From contig NC_135759.1 of assembly GCF_052425735.1 (NCBI RefSeq), positions 30,442,001 to 30,506,000 of the forward strand: 64,000 nt of DNA, in the 5' to 3' direction. Positions 12,911-26,090 of the stretch are shown here, in pieces. The first letter of the stretch is position 1, and each line of letters opens with the position of its first letter. The notes beneath the pieces are model-generated. The model made no database searches and had not been told where the DNA came from. It saw nothing but the letters and a program-made list of their open reading frames with translations. The position numbers were made by a program, and so were the translations under genes. This stretch comes from Oculina patagonica. Its lineage: Eukaryota.

Positions 12911-15730
12911 ATTGCAAACATCGATACTAATTTCTCGACTTCGGCCCGACTGAACTTTCCAAGTTTGGTAGTTGAGGAGAAACAAGACATGTTGCTCGAA
13001 AGTCATGGCGATTTCTGAACTCGAAGATTTTAGAACTTGTCAAGGAAAGTAGCTTGAAGTGCAAGACAACGTTTCGCATCAGCGATCACGCAAGTGATTT
13101 GCCGATAAATAAATATCATGCATGTAGAAATTTGGTCAAATTTTAACTTTTTTGTATGAAAACACATATTTAACGATTTCTGCGAGGCATAATCTTTACT
13201 GTCTTCAACTTCAAGTCTTCTGTGTTTGTAAACCGGATGAAACTGGATGGTTTACCCATATGTAAAATTTATTTTAATCGAAGCCGACGCGACGCGACGC
13301 ATTTGTTCGAGACAACATGTTTACGGCTCGCTGAACATAAAAGTTTTTTTATTTTTATGACATTTGTTTCCATCAGTTAAGCGTAGCAAAGCCCTTTTTG
13401 ATAACATAACTACAGAAGGATTTAATAAATTCGGGCAGAAGTTGGGAACTTTGTATCGAAGCTCACAATTTGATTCGCAAACTACGAATACGTTTCAAAT
13501 CCATGATAATTCACAACTCACCAATTAATCTTTCAACGAAAACGAACTGCGACACGCTGCGACACATAATTTCGTCAGATTACTTCGCCTTTATAAACTG
13601 CAATTTGATTGGTTCTGATAGTACCTGAAATCTGATTGGTGTGACAAACAAACATACTTCACTGACCCACTGAGTCACGGAACATCGCGCCGACTAAAGA
13701 GCTATTTTGAAAAAATAACTCAAAAACTGAAGCTGCCGAAGTTTAAAATGAATTACACATCAGGGACTGGGGAAAACTTTAAGCAACAGACAGACTGGGT
13801 GTCTATTATCATAGACGTGGCGAATCACTAGGTTTATGAATAAAGTAAGGTGTATGAAGTTTCTGCTATTTGAATCTTTAATGCTTCTTTCTAGTATTTG
13901 CAATGGTAAAATGTGTGTTATAATTTCTTAAATGTAAAACACAAGCACAAATTAATTACGCAGAAAAAAAAACTAAATGAAGACAACATAGCCCCATCAC
14001 TTCAACAACTGTACACAGTACATTTTTTATTTTGCTTCAGAACAAATTCCTTGTTTATTACCAAGCCTGTGTTGTTACACATTAAGCTAAAGATTAAAGA
14101 TTTAATACAAAAATTATTGCGATACAATGGTTCTATGAAGAATAAAAGTTTACATGGTGCATGGGTGACCAGTAGCTCTAATTAAATCAGACTACACGTT
14201 CAAAGTGAGTGTTTAAAGCAAGAATCTCGTAACTAATCGGGCGGGGCCTGGGCCCGATTCATAATCTGCACGAATTTTTTTTTTTTTTTGTCGGTAAATC
14301 GATCCAGACCCACGCGGCCCAGCCGGCTCTTCTGTCACGGTCCACGGTCACGCAAGATTTAATATTTAATAGCGATCAGCCGATCACTCGCGTTTAACAT
14401 GAACACTCTGCTCTCTGAAATGTATTATTTTGTTTCATTCCATATTTTACAAGAAGAGAGGGCTGAATATAATCACATAGCGAAAACAAAGACCGCTTGG
14501 ACATGTCCAAGCTATTTAAAACTACCACTACGTCAGACCCATGTCACGCGATCTCTCACTTGTAGCTATAAAAAATCATTCACCTATTTTCTGTTTGAAT
14601 ACTCTGTGCACTGTTTGTGTGAACTATTTATTGTTGTGTTACTCAAGCGTTTGGCTCGGAGCGAGTACAAGTCGTACAATTTACCCGGAACGTGTTAAAT
14701 ATTGCAAGACGACCTATTTTCTGGATATCCCAATTTTTGTTTTGAGTTTACGGTATTTTGAGAATCGAAACGTTATGGAAACGTAAGTTGCAAGCTCAGC
14801 AAGAATGTGTCAAAGCACGGGATACACGTCATCGCGCCAGGGGAATTACCAAAAGCTTGTCGGAAGACGCTAAACGGAGAAACACAATGGGATGGCCTTA
14901 GTCTACTCTTTATTTTGGCGTGATTTGGCTTTCTTTTAAATGAACTGGTTTGGGTTTATTTTATTGAACATTCGGAACAAAATAAATATTTGCATGCGTA
15001 AAAAGGCATTTTTCCGGCTAGGCATGTGGTTTTAAAAAGCAAAAGATGACGTGGTAAAGGAAATTCATGTCACGTTCATTCCGTGACTAACGCAAACACG
15101 ACTTGTGTGTTTCTCAAGTGACTTCTTTTCTAAAGATTTTACTGTGCGGCACCGTGCCTTTAAGCCAAAGCACTGAAAGAGGTCAGGTGGTCAAACATTA
15201 CCCGCACGATTATAAACTGCTTGCAGTTCTTGTTTAGGATTTATTTCGCCACTTGTGAAGTAATAATGGTTGCGGGCTTGTGAATGCCTCTTATCGAGAA
15301 ATTGATTACATGCATCTTTCGCTTACAGTCACTTTTGGCTTCAAACAAAAGGTCTCGCATATGCAGTCTTTAAAAATATTTCTGTGAGGTGACTAATAGT
15401 GCCTACTATATGTTATGTATAACGACATCGTAATCGTCACTAAACAATAACATACTATGAATATGGAAATAAAAATATGCTCTCTAGTGACTCACAATGC
15501 CGTTTAAGTTCTATTCGTGCAAAGAGCTCCGACCAGTAAATTAAAAAAAATGGTTCCTTTCGCAAGATAGTTGCATAACACATAATTTAGCACAATCGTC
15601 ACATTAAAGACACAGTTCTTGATATCATTTTGGCCAAAGGAAGTGTGTATGATTGTCCCGCGTCTTGAGATAGACACTTCAAGGTGACTTTTTGAAGACG
15701 AATGATTACTGCTTTATATGGTTGTTTACA

Positions 15731-15741
15731 ATGAATGAATG

Positions 15742-15811
<70 letters not shown>
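15731..15811. repeat. (AATG)n/(AATC)n microsatellite downstream of the gene B stop
   Basis: Direct tandem tetramer; not present at the homologous position after D; probably a retroelement tail. Confidence 0.85.
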
Positions 15812-15812
<1 letters not shown>

Positions 15813-16083
15813 TATTTGCCCTTTTTATAATTACAAGAATTACAAGAAGAGCCCCTGGACAAGTTTACAGATTACTCAACAAACTATACTATACTTTTCA
15901 CTGAGTACAACTAGTGGTAAAAGACCCATTTCCATCAGTTTTGCCAAATTTAAGACATTCTGTTGATTTCTTCCTATCTCTCAAAACAAGAGTTATTAGC
16001 ATTTCTGAACGAATCTCTGATAGTGGTCACTTCTAGAAAATCTAGTTGTCTGCGTAGTAAATTATGGGGGTACAACCCTGATT

Positions 16084-19000
16084 TTACTCTCTTGGGGAAA
16101 CTTTAAGCATGATATTTCCTGGAAGGCAGGTGAGAACACTACCTACAGCAAATCCCAGTGGGGCCTGCAAGGAAAGAAAACAAAGTCAGTGATTGCTATG
16201 AGGCAAAAAAGATGAAGCAATCCATGTGATACAGCAAAAATTGACCTTAAATATCCGACCACAGTTATAGTCGAGTACAATCACGGGACACTGACCAGCC
16301 CACCTGAGCAAGTCTTAATGACATTTTTCACGCGTATCGTAAAGTAATACATGTAGTAATCAAATAAGCTGAAATCGTCGACGTAAAGTTTTAGGAGAAC
16401 CAAAAGCCCAAATCCCACCAAAACCCACAAAAAGGTTGGGTACATTAATTACGAAAAACGTCTACACAATAAGAATCCATGAACAATGAATGTGATGCAA
16501 ATGCTATGTACAGTACAACAAACTTACCGGCGCTGTTTTCTCGGTGCGCTCTAGCATATATTTCTTCAATAATCTCACCAGAGTCAGCTTAATTTCCAGC
16601 AAAGCAAATCTCATGCCGACACAATTGTGAGGACCATGCCCAAACGGCATGAATGTATAAGGATGACGCTTTGCTTTCTCTGCTTCAGTAAACCTGTCAA
16701 AAAACATGCGGGGAAAATTTAATCTGTTAGTAACGACAACTTTAACAAGATTTCGTTGGATAAAAAAGAATGACAATGGCCCAAACAATGATTAAATAAG
16801 ACGAAAAGAAAACAAGATGAACCAAGACGATGGAATAGAGGAAAAAAAAGAAAGAACGTCCATGGAATTTTAGGCACAAAAATGCACAGGAGGCAGAATA
16901 AACCAAAACAAAAAAATAGGTGAGATATACACCACTGGGATCGTCCCCTCACCTCTCAGGATCAAACTTTTCAGGCTCTGGCCAAATCTCTGGGTCGTGA
17001 TGAATTGCATAGCTTGGAATCATGATTGGCATTCCTTTTGGAATTGTAACTCCTTTGATAGTGCAGGTCTCGTTGCAGTCTCTCTGGAGTCTAAAGTATC
17101 ATAGGAGAAAAGCTGTCACCTACTTACAATGATGCGATGAGCCTTTCGACTAACAATAATTTCTTGAAAATATGAGTGTTGTGGTTTAAACAAAACACCT
17201 TAAATCCGTTCTTGTGGTTATTTCAACATGATACGGCTTCCCCTTATACATCTTGATCCTGCGACTTCACTGAACGAGTTAGCGTGATGAAGGACAATCG
17301 TTTGGCTGTTTTTTTTTCCTCAGGTGAACCCATGCATGCAAAGACGATTTTTTTCACGCAACGTGTTGAACAACACGAAGCAACAAAAGTAAAACGCAGG
17401 TGAAAGAAACATGACTTTCTAAACTGAGCAGTCAAATTATTTTCCAAATGTAGAGGACATTTTGCACAATTGTCAATAGGTGTTCGTATTAAACGATGCT
17501 GAGGTGGAAACCTTCAATACTAATTCAATTTCTAGTAAATCGGCCAGGCCAACAAAGCGTTAACAAATGCCCAACAGCATTACGATTAGTTGCTTCGATA
17601 CTTACGCAAAACCAGGGGGATACATTCGTAACGCTTCGTTAATAACCATGTCAAGGTACTCCATCTTGTGAAGGACATCATATGACGGCGATACCTGCAG
17701 ATTAAATAATCATTCAAGGAGATTTTATTTTTAAAGAAAATAAGGAAAGTGTTACGTGCATTTCATCATTTATACACAAAGACCACTGAGAAGAGTTCTA
17801 CACGGGCATTCGCGCAGATAGCGCAAGACCTATGACAAAAGCTTTCTGCCCTTCTTATAAAGTATGTCTCCTGTGTCCAGGAAAGTGCTTGTTTTTCTTC
17901 AAGGCATGCATCACTCCTTTAAGAGGTACGTCTTCTACAGCGGGGTTTTATTATGAACACCAGTATCTTCAACGTCAAAAGGTACCATCTTATGACATTG
18001 CTGTAATCTTTCGCGTTTTGTTCTTGCCTTTAATAGTAAAATGATTTCATAGTAAAGAGCTATTCGAAGTACGTCATCTAAATTTTTATTGCTTTTTAAA
18101 TAACCCTACTGCTGAATATTTGGAGATGAATAAAAAAACTGTTGGTATTTCTTTCGAAAGATAGATAACTCAGTAACTTTTAATCTTGTGGTAAAAAATG
18201 TGAGTCACAAATCAGAGTTGCATCAAGGCCAAAAAAGTTGCATACCTCGTCTCCAGGCCAAATACGGTCAATCTCGTCTCTCAGTTTGTCTTGCACATGC
18301 GTGTCAACGGCAAGATGATAACAAACAAAGCCCAGAGTGGTACTGGAAGTTTCATATCCAGCGAGAAGGAACATAACACTTTGAGCCTGAATATCTTCAT
18401 TGTCAAGTTTCCCTCCTCCTGTTTCCTCTTTTGCATCAAGCATCAATTGCAACAAGTCTTTCCGCTGTAAACAAGCATGTAAAAACATGGTGAGAAAAAT
18501 TGAAGGAAGTTTGATTTTTCCCCAAATTGATGAATATTGAATTCGGTCATGCATTAAAAGGCCATGGCCTAAAACAATATTGGAACTATAAGCTTTGTCC
18601 CCTTTTCACTTTGAAGTTGATGGTCACTGAGTAACAGTAACGGACGCTTCCCGACACTGACAGGGTTATCTACTTACATGATCTTTGCTGTTGCCATCTG
18701 CTTTTGTCCTCTCAGCGATAATATTTGCTGCTACCGCCCCAATCTTTTCCAAATCAAAGGGGTCTGGGAGGTACTTGATTAAACGGTCTCCAAATGGTAA
18801 AAGCACTACAAATAAAAGAGAAAGAGAGGGGGTTCAGAAAACGTTTCTGGTATAAAGAATGGTGGAAAATAATTAAAGGGCTTTAGTGGCTGAACAGTTG
18901 GGTTCCATTCCAAACAAGACAGAGCTTTAGATTGCCTGACTGTGTGTATCCGACCTCTTCCCTAAATACTTGCTTCGACCATTATTAATTTGATAAAAGA

Positions 19001-22000
19001 GTATTAATTCCCTAACATTGTATTAGTCATATGTATTAATACTAACCGAAGATCATAATAACAAGCCTTCACTGAAGCATTACAACAAAAGCAGTAATAT
19101 AATTTCTTACACATTATTCCCATAATAGGGTGTGCTCCCATGGCCTTCTTTGCTAGTTCAGTGATTGGATCATTTTCAACAGTTTGAGTTTCTGCCTTGA
19201 CTCCAAACGCCGTTGACAAAATTACCTCCATGGTCAGACTCTGAAGCCACCTAGAAAACAAATTATGGTTCATTAAATTCAGTCTACCCTCACTGAAAAG
19301 AGATGGGAGGCAGAAGGGAAGGAAGGGCTGCCAGATGTTAAAGGAAATTGGGTGAGCAGCAGGATCTCTGAGAAGGGCACAGCCAGAGCATGACAAAAAG
19401 GCGAAATTTTATTTAAATTAGTTATTAATTAATTATTTAAGTCTCAAAGTTGAAACATAAAGGGACTGAGGAGGAGTAACTTTTGACGTCTATACAATGC
19501 GTGGAACTTGATATTTACATCGATAAATACTACGTTCTCATATGTAAAAAAAGTAAAAAAAATGTATACAAAAATGAGGTAAATATTAAAGTTGTATTCC
19601 GTTCTGGACAAGGGGTTGTGGAATTATAGCCTCCGCAGGGTTTTGGCCCAGAGGCCAAAACCCGAGGAGGCATCATTGAAGTCCGCGCGTATAATATCCG
19701 GTATACCAGATTTGGTATAAAGTGGGCGCGCAAATAGTATTGGGAGTCGTGCAGAATGCTCGCAATTGGGTATCGGGAGGTGTGATAAATGCCTGTAAGG
19801 TGATTGGTCAATGATAACGATAGATGATCAAATCTCTGCGTGGTGATTGGGTGATGATGACGACAATCCATCAAGGTAAACACGTGCGCTCTCGACAACA
19901 ACGCTTCAACAAATTCTTGCAAACGTTGATTAAAAGTTTATTTCCAGCTTGGGGAAAAGACAATTTTAGGTTTTATTCGAGGCCTATTCATTTCACAAGA
20001 ACTGAAAGCCGAAAGCTGTGCAATTATTTAAACGTAAAGAATATTGGACTTCTGAGTGGTGCTGTTGAAGCCTAGAAGACGACATTTGTCTAGGAACGCG
20101 AACGATCATATCTTCAAATTTGTCCACGATTTACGATAACCAAGCCTTAGTCCAATACCGCGATTTACCAGGCACAAACTACTTGAACGGAGAAAAGTCT
20201 TGATCAGTCCACCTCTGGACGAGATTTACTAGATGATATGCAACATCAAGAAAAGAAATTTAAAAGAGATCTCGAGATAATTATTTGAGACTCGCGGCAG
20301 GCGTTTGCATTGACAGAGGTGAGAAATTCTTTCGTCATCCTTTCATTTAAGTTGATCATTCTCATGTCATTCTTCATGCTTGGGCTCTCAGCCCAAATAT
20401 ATAGAAAACAAGTGGGCTCAAATGGTAATTTTAAAACGTTTCGCTGTTTCCGAAAGTTGATCCTCGCCGAGATCTAGACTTGCCACATGGAAGCGAGTTC
20501 GAGTCAGCGAAGCGTCTTAGTGAGTGACAAAGTCGCGAAAACAAACAACGCGTGTTCTCTTTCCATCTTGAATAAGAGAAGGCCAGAAACCATTAGAAAA
20601 CACGAGCCGCCAGCGAGTGTTATATTCATAAACATCTCAAAAAGAAAATTGATTTCCAATCAATTGAATAGACATAAGAGCCAAGATATCAAGCGAAAGA
20701 ATTGACTGTAGCGGGGACAACCTAGTGTCAACTATTTCTAGTATTAAAGTAAAGTTTAAACTGAAATAACGACTCAGTGGTCAGTAATTACATCATGCCT
20801 TGAAGAATACAGCCAATCAGGAACCTAGAAAGCCGTTGCATATTCTGCGGTATCTCACGGATCGTAGACCACGGAAGTTTCCTGGCGTTCATCAGGGCCT
20901 TCACGTTTTCCCGCCGAAAGCCTAGCCGGCAGCGCGCGCCACTTATTTTTTCATTCCGCTCAGTTGAGCTCAATTTACAATTTGCGAGAAAACGTTCAAA
21001 CGTGAATGAAAAACCAAATTGTTTTCTGGAATTCGACATTCTACAGTTAAATCTTCGGAAAACCTGATACTAGGGACAGAAAACTTTATGCAGACGTCGA
21101 GGAATTTGTCAAACAGCGACCCAAAACTTGCAGAAACGGTGAAGAAAACAGCCTTGGACCTTTGTCACGTTTATGCAAAACAAATATTCTCAGTGGCTTA
21201 CCACCGCCAGAACAACTTATTTAAACTGTATGTATTCTGTTGGCTATCCGAAAAGCAGACGGAGGAATCTAAACCGGATAAGGTAACATTGAATGTTTCA
21301 CTCGAGCTTGAAGTTGTACCTTTTTGGCATGTCCTGTTTGAAAGTTGTCCAGAATCGTATGCGTATGTAAGAGGCACGAAATTAAATAGTTGTACAATGT
21401 TTTCTCGTGGCACACCGTGAATATCCCACAGATGACTTGTTTTTTTTCTTTGTATATACACACTCGCCTATTAAAAGGCTCCTGTGTATACTGAAAAATC
21501 AAGTCACTCATGGAATATTGCACAGTATGCCACTCGAAAACATTTCACAACTACATTTATACCATGCCATAGAAAATACAGCCAATCAGAATACAGGAAA
21601 GCCGTTGTATATTCGACGGTATTCAACCCAACCTCCCCATCGTGCGCTGTGACCTTATTCTCAACGAAATTTAGTAAGCATATTTTCTATGGCATGGTAT
21701 TGCTCACTATAAAAACACTACCTGTGAAAATCAACGATCTCTCCAGTCTTGGAAATCTTATCCACTTTTTGCATTAAAGTATCCATTGCTTCATTCATAA
21801 AGGACATCATCTACAACAACCAAATAACTATAAAACTTAGATACATTATAGAAATCCTTCAATGTCCCATGTTTGAAATCGATTATTATTATTCACCGAA
21901 GTGGAGAGGTGGTGAATGGTGGTGCGAGGGAAGGAAGAGAGGGAGGGAGGTAGGGAGAAAAAAATTCTCGTTATTTTTCCGTGTTTATTCTTTTCAAACC

Positions 22001-25000
22001 CCCCCCCCCCCCCAAAAAAAAAAAAAAAAAAAAAAAAATACCATGCCCCTATTTTTCACCACACCCCAAAAGATGAAAACCCTTTTCAGACAGTTGATAA
22101 ATAAACTGGTTTAAAAAAAATGAACCACTGACAAAAATTAAACCACAACATATACCTTAGTGCCAAATATTTCTCTACATGCAATGAATGAATGTAATTT
22201 ATTTTCAGTTTGAACTTAGTTACAGTTAAGGCAGATACATTGTTCCTATGCTTTTGAAATTGCATGCTTTAGTCTTTGCATTGACAAAACACTCTGCAAT
22301 GCTCATGCTGGGAGCCCACTAAATACGGACGACTGGATAATGCAGACACTTTATTCTGCCTGTCCCTTTGGTGTCCATCAAACAGGGTTCCACTGTATCT
22401 TTATTCATATGAGTTTTCTATTTGTTGTCAGTGTTTCTTCTCATTTATTTGATTACTTTTTATCACACACTGTACTCTTTGCAAATATAAAAATCACTGA
22501 AATGTGACTATACTCCACCAATATAAAACTTGCATCCTAACAATAACTCTAGACCAAAACAGTCTGCGATAGGTTAAACAAATCTGACCTGGCCCAGCCT
22601 GTGGCACATACCTATAAAGCTAAAGTATTCACCCTTTTTTTCACGTTGCAACCAACTGACCGAAATATTGACTTTAATGGTAGAAATTATTTAATTTGCA
22701 GATGGACAGTAATGTATTAACTTACAAGCTTCATTTTAGATGTACTGAAGGTTGGCGACAGAGTATCACGAATGTCCTTCCACTTCTGACCAGGTACAAG
22801 TGATATCATTCTATTATAAGGCTCTGGGACATCCACAATGTCCTGATAATCAAATTAAATGGACAGGCCGGTGTGATTCAAGATTATAAACATTATATTA
22901 TGCCATCATATTTGGGGATACTGGTACGGTCTAATAAGTATACCTTCTAAGGACAAAATTGCTTCAGTTCTCAGATTTTTGAAAAAGCATTTAAAGTGCT
23001 ACTACGATCAAATTTTCGATTTCCATTTTTTTACATTTTCGTGTACAATTTGACTTTCTTACTTACCTTGCCAATTTTCAATCCATTACGAACATCAGAA
23101 GTCGTTTTATTTTAACGTTTATTTCCGATAATTTACGGCCGCCATTAAAAAACCTTGTTCCAAGGCTTGGTTGCGAATAGGGAGAAAATGACGTCAAAGA
23201 CTCCAAATACCTCACGGGTTGAAATTATAATAACAATCAGCATAGAACATTGCACGAAAAATAAGCCCAAACTTTTTGTTGCTTTTCGCGTGATTTTCAC
23301 TACATATTGTTATTATAATTTCAACCCGTGAGGTATTTGGAGCCTTGACGTCATTTTCTCCCTATTCGCAACCAAGACTTGGAACAAGGTTTTTTAATGG
23401 CGGCCGTAAATTATCGGAAATAAACATTAAAATAAAACGACTTCTGATGTTCGTAATGGATTGAAAATTGGCAAGGTGAGTAAGAAAGCCTTCTTGTACA
23501 CGAAAATGTAAAAAAATGGAAATCAAGAATTTGATCGTAGTAGCACTTTAATTCATTGGTATCAAAGAAATAAAAACGTGGCAGGGGCATTTTCCCAAGG
23601 AGTACACCCCCTTTTCCCCTTTATTATATGATACCATTAAGTTCTAAAAGTAATAAACCCTGAACATCGAGTAACAACCCTCCCAAAATAATGACACTCT
23701 GAGATTAGCAACTTTAAACACAAACTTCACTTGGTCCCGAAATAAAATAACACATTCACCAAACTGTACCAAACTGATCTTATGTTTGTTCTTCATAAGC
23801 TTTTATGAACAACATTTTCATTAGTGTGTATACATTGCTTATAGTGGTTGAATGCACTAAGCCTCATCATCTGTTATCTCTTCGAGATAGTTAGCATGCT
23901 TAGTTTACAGGCATGCTACTGAAACAGAGGAAACAAATATTGTAAATAGACAAAACATAGTTAAAAATCCCAACTAGCAGGAGACAGACCTGAGTTGGCT
24001 ATGACAAAGGCCTTGGACTCGGAACGACCAAGAACAAATCCAGACAGTGGTAGGGTGAAGGCCTTGAAGCAATTATACTGCAAAATTTAATATGAAAAAA
24101 AAATGCTGAACAGTACATAAACCTTACCCTTCTATCATGAAACTTGGGAAATTCTTTAACTAGAATCTCTTTGATCATGTCTGGATCACCAACCATAAGA
24201 AATGGCTGACGGAAAAAATACATTCTAAAAGAAAATAAAATGAGCAAACTTGTAAATATACTATTATTAATCTATTAAACATTTAATAATATAATACTCC
24301 CTGAATTGTAACATTGCCATTGAAACTGCAATAAGCTTTGGCAGTTTTTAGTATTTTTGGCACTTATTCGAGTAAAAACGGTAATGAGATATTACAGGCG
24401 TACATACCCAAACACCTTGCCATATTTCTTGTACCACTCCAGATGAAGCTTTGGAACACCATTTGGCTATACATGTACAAAAACAATAATGATGGTAGTT
24501 TTAGTCTTATAAACTAAGAAATAACTGACCGGTGCATAAGTTGGCTCCCTTAGCTTTTTAATTCACTCTCCTTTCTTGAGATGCTGGGACAAGTGTGTAT
24601 GAATCTCAGACCAAAGTCAGTTGCTGATCTAGACCACCAGTTTACAGATATATTTCTTTCAAACGTATATTTTAAGTGTTAAAAAATGCCATGTCTCAAA
24701 ATCAGAAAAAAAAATAATGCTGTCATCCAGTTGGAAAATACCCCGAAATGGCACTTCAGGGAGTCATCATTTTTCCTGGACCTGCACTTGAAAGTGTCAT
24801 AAATTTAAGTACATGTATTCTCAGAAGAAGCTACGAAAATACTGGTATTCCTGGTGCAATCAATTTAAAACTGATCCATAAGTGAGGCCCTGCCAGGGTA
24901 AATTCCGACAAGCGACATGGCCCAAAAAGTAGTGACAGCACATAAAATAAAATTGCGACAAACGACAACGCTTATGGAAAAATTTAAATTCGGACAAGGA

Positions 25001-25987
25001 CAAGCAATTTTCCTTCAATTTAGTTACCGACAGCGACATGAAGAGCGATAAAACAGCGACACAGAACATTTTTAAATTCAGACAAGCCACACAAGAACCC
25101 CCCTGGCAGGGCCTCATAAGTAATTATTATCCCTCTTTCAGGATATTTTTTGAGGAATTTAATTATCACATGCTGGTTGCAGGGATAGACCAGGATAACG
25201 ATTCAAGTTTTATACAGGCTCTGGTGCAATATAATTATATAATGTTATACTGGAAAAATAATAATACAACTTACATCAATTAGAGAGCCTCCACTATTTC
25301 CAAAGAATGGTAGCGGTGGTGGTCCGCTTATTCCAAGTTTCTTGAACACAGAAAACGGCTTAACACAATACCTTGGAGATAATAAATGCGGGTAAGCTAA
25401 TATAAAACTAAAATATAATCAAGGAATTATCTTCTTCACATTTGATTCAGAGTTAAACAAGATCATTTCATCTGAAATTGCTAAATTAAACAATAGTATA
25501 AATCATGTATGCCAATTTTAGAATTCCCAAAAAAATTTTCCTGCACAGAAAAAAAGGTTGAAAAAAAAATTGTGCAATGGGACTGTACTATAGCTAGCCA
25601 TGGGAACAATGTTCAAGCAAGTGCATTATTGTAATTTTTTGATGCTTAAAAATAATAAAATTAATTCTTGCACAAGCTCTCGACCCAAGAAAAAATTATT
25701 GCACAATCTGAATGTGAAAAATAATATCTTGCCCAGAAAAATTACCCATTCCCCCCCCCCCCCCGAAAAAAAGAAAATAATAATGCTTCTCCCCTTATCT
25801 GATCTTGAAATTATCTGAGTGAAACGACATGTAACTTCGTCAAATCAATAAGCTGTTAACACTGTCCATCACTGGTATTACACATTTTTAATACATACCA
25901 ATAAAGCAGGAGAATCAAAAATCCAACCAAAAGTGTTACCCAGTGATCGTTCGCAAACTGCGCCATTGTTTGCAGAATGTCAGCCAT
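16084..25987 (-). CDS. Cytochrome P450, CYP3 clan (CYP3A-like), paralog B, complete, 13 coding exons, 502 aa
   Basis: Exons: 25899-25987, 25275-25371, 24408-24466, 24128-24224, 22726-22842, 21722-21810, 19111-19250, 18678-18805, 18246-18464, 17606-17694, 16953-17090, 16528-16693, 16084-16164. Motifs AGYETS, EALR (ExxR), PERF and heme loop [10 protein letters not shown]; ends ...KVSPRE*. Confidence 0.97.
20785..21650. repeat. Interspersed repeat in intron 6, shared with paralog C (two tandem copies at ~35040-36070)
   Basis: Shared blocks AATACAGCCAATCAG, GCAGACGTCGAGGAATTTG and GGCTATCCGAAAAGC; absent from introns 6 of A and D. Confidence 0.65.
22995..23547. mobile_element. Fold-back (palindromic) DNA element with TTAA TSD, Kolobok-like
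   Basis: ~240-bp near-perfect inverted arms, ~70-bp spacer, TTAA at 22991-22994 and 23548-23551; empty site in paralog C near 37645. Confidence 0.85.
24884..25115. mobile_element. MITE with GAGG termini and 6-bp TSD
   Basis: TIR GAGGCCCTGCCAGGG; ATAAGT at 24878-24883 and 25116-25121; internal CGACA repeats. Confidence 0.8.
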
Positions 25988-26090
25988 CTTCAAGCTTACT
26001 TGTATATATTAGAAACTAAATCTGTAGAGCTGCGTTTCTTGGGCTGGAGTAGGCCAAATCTAGAACTTTATCCTCTCTTCATGTTCTTCT

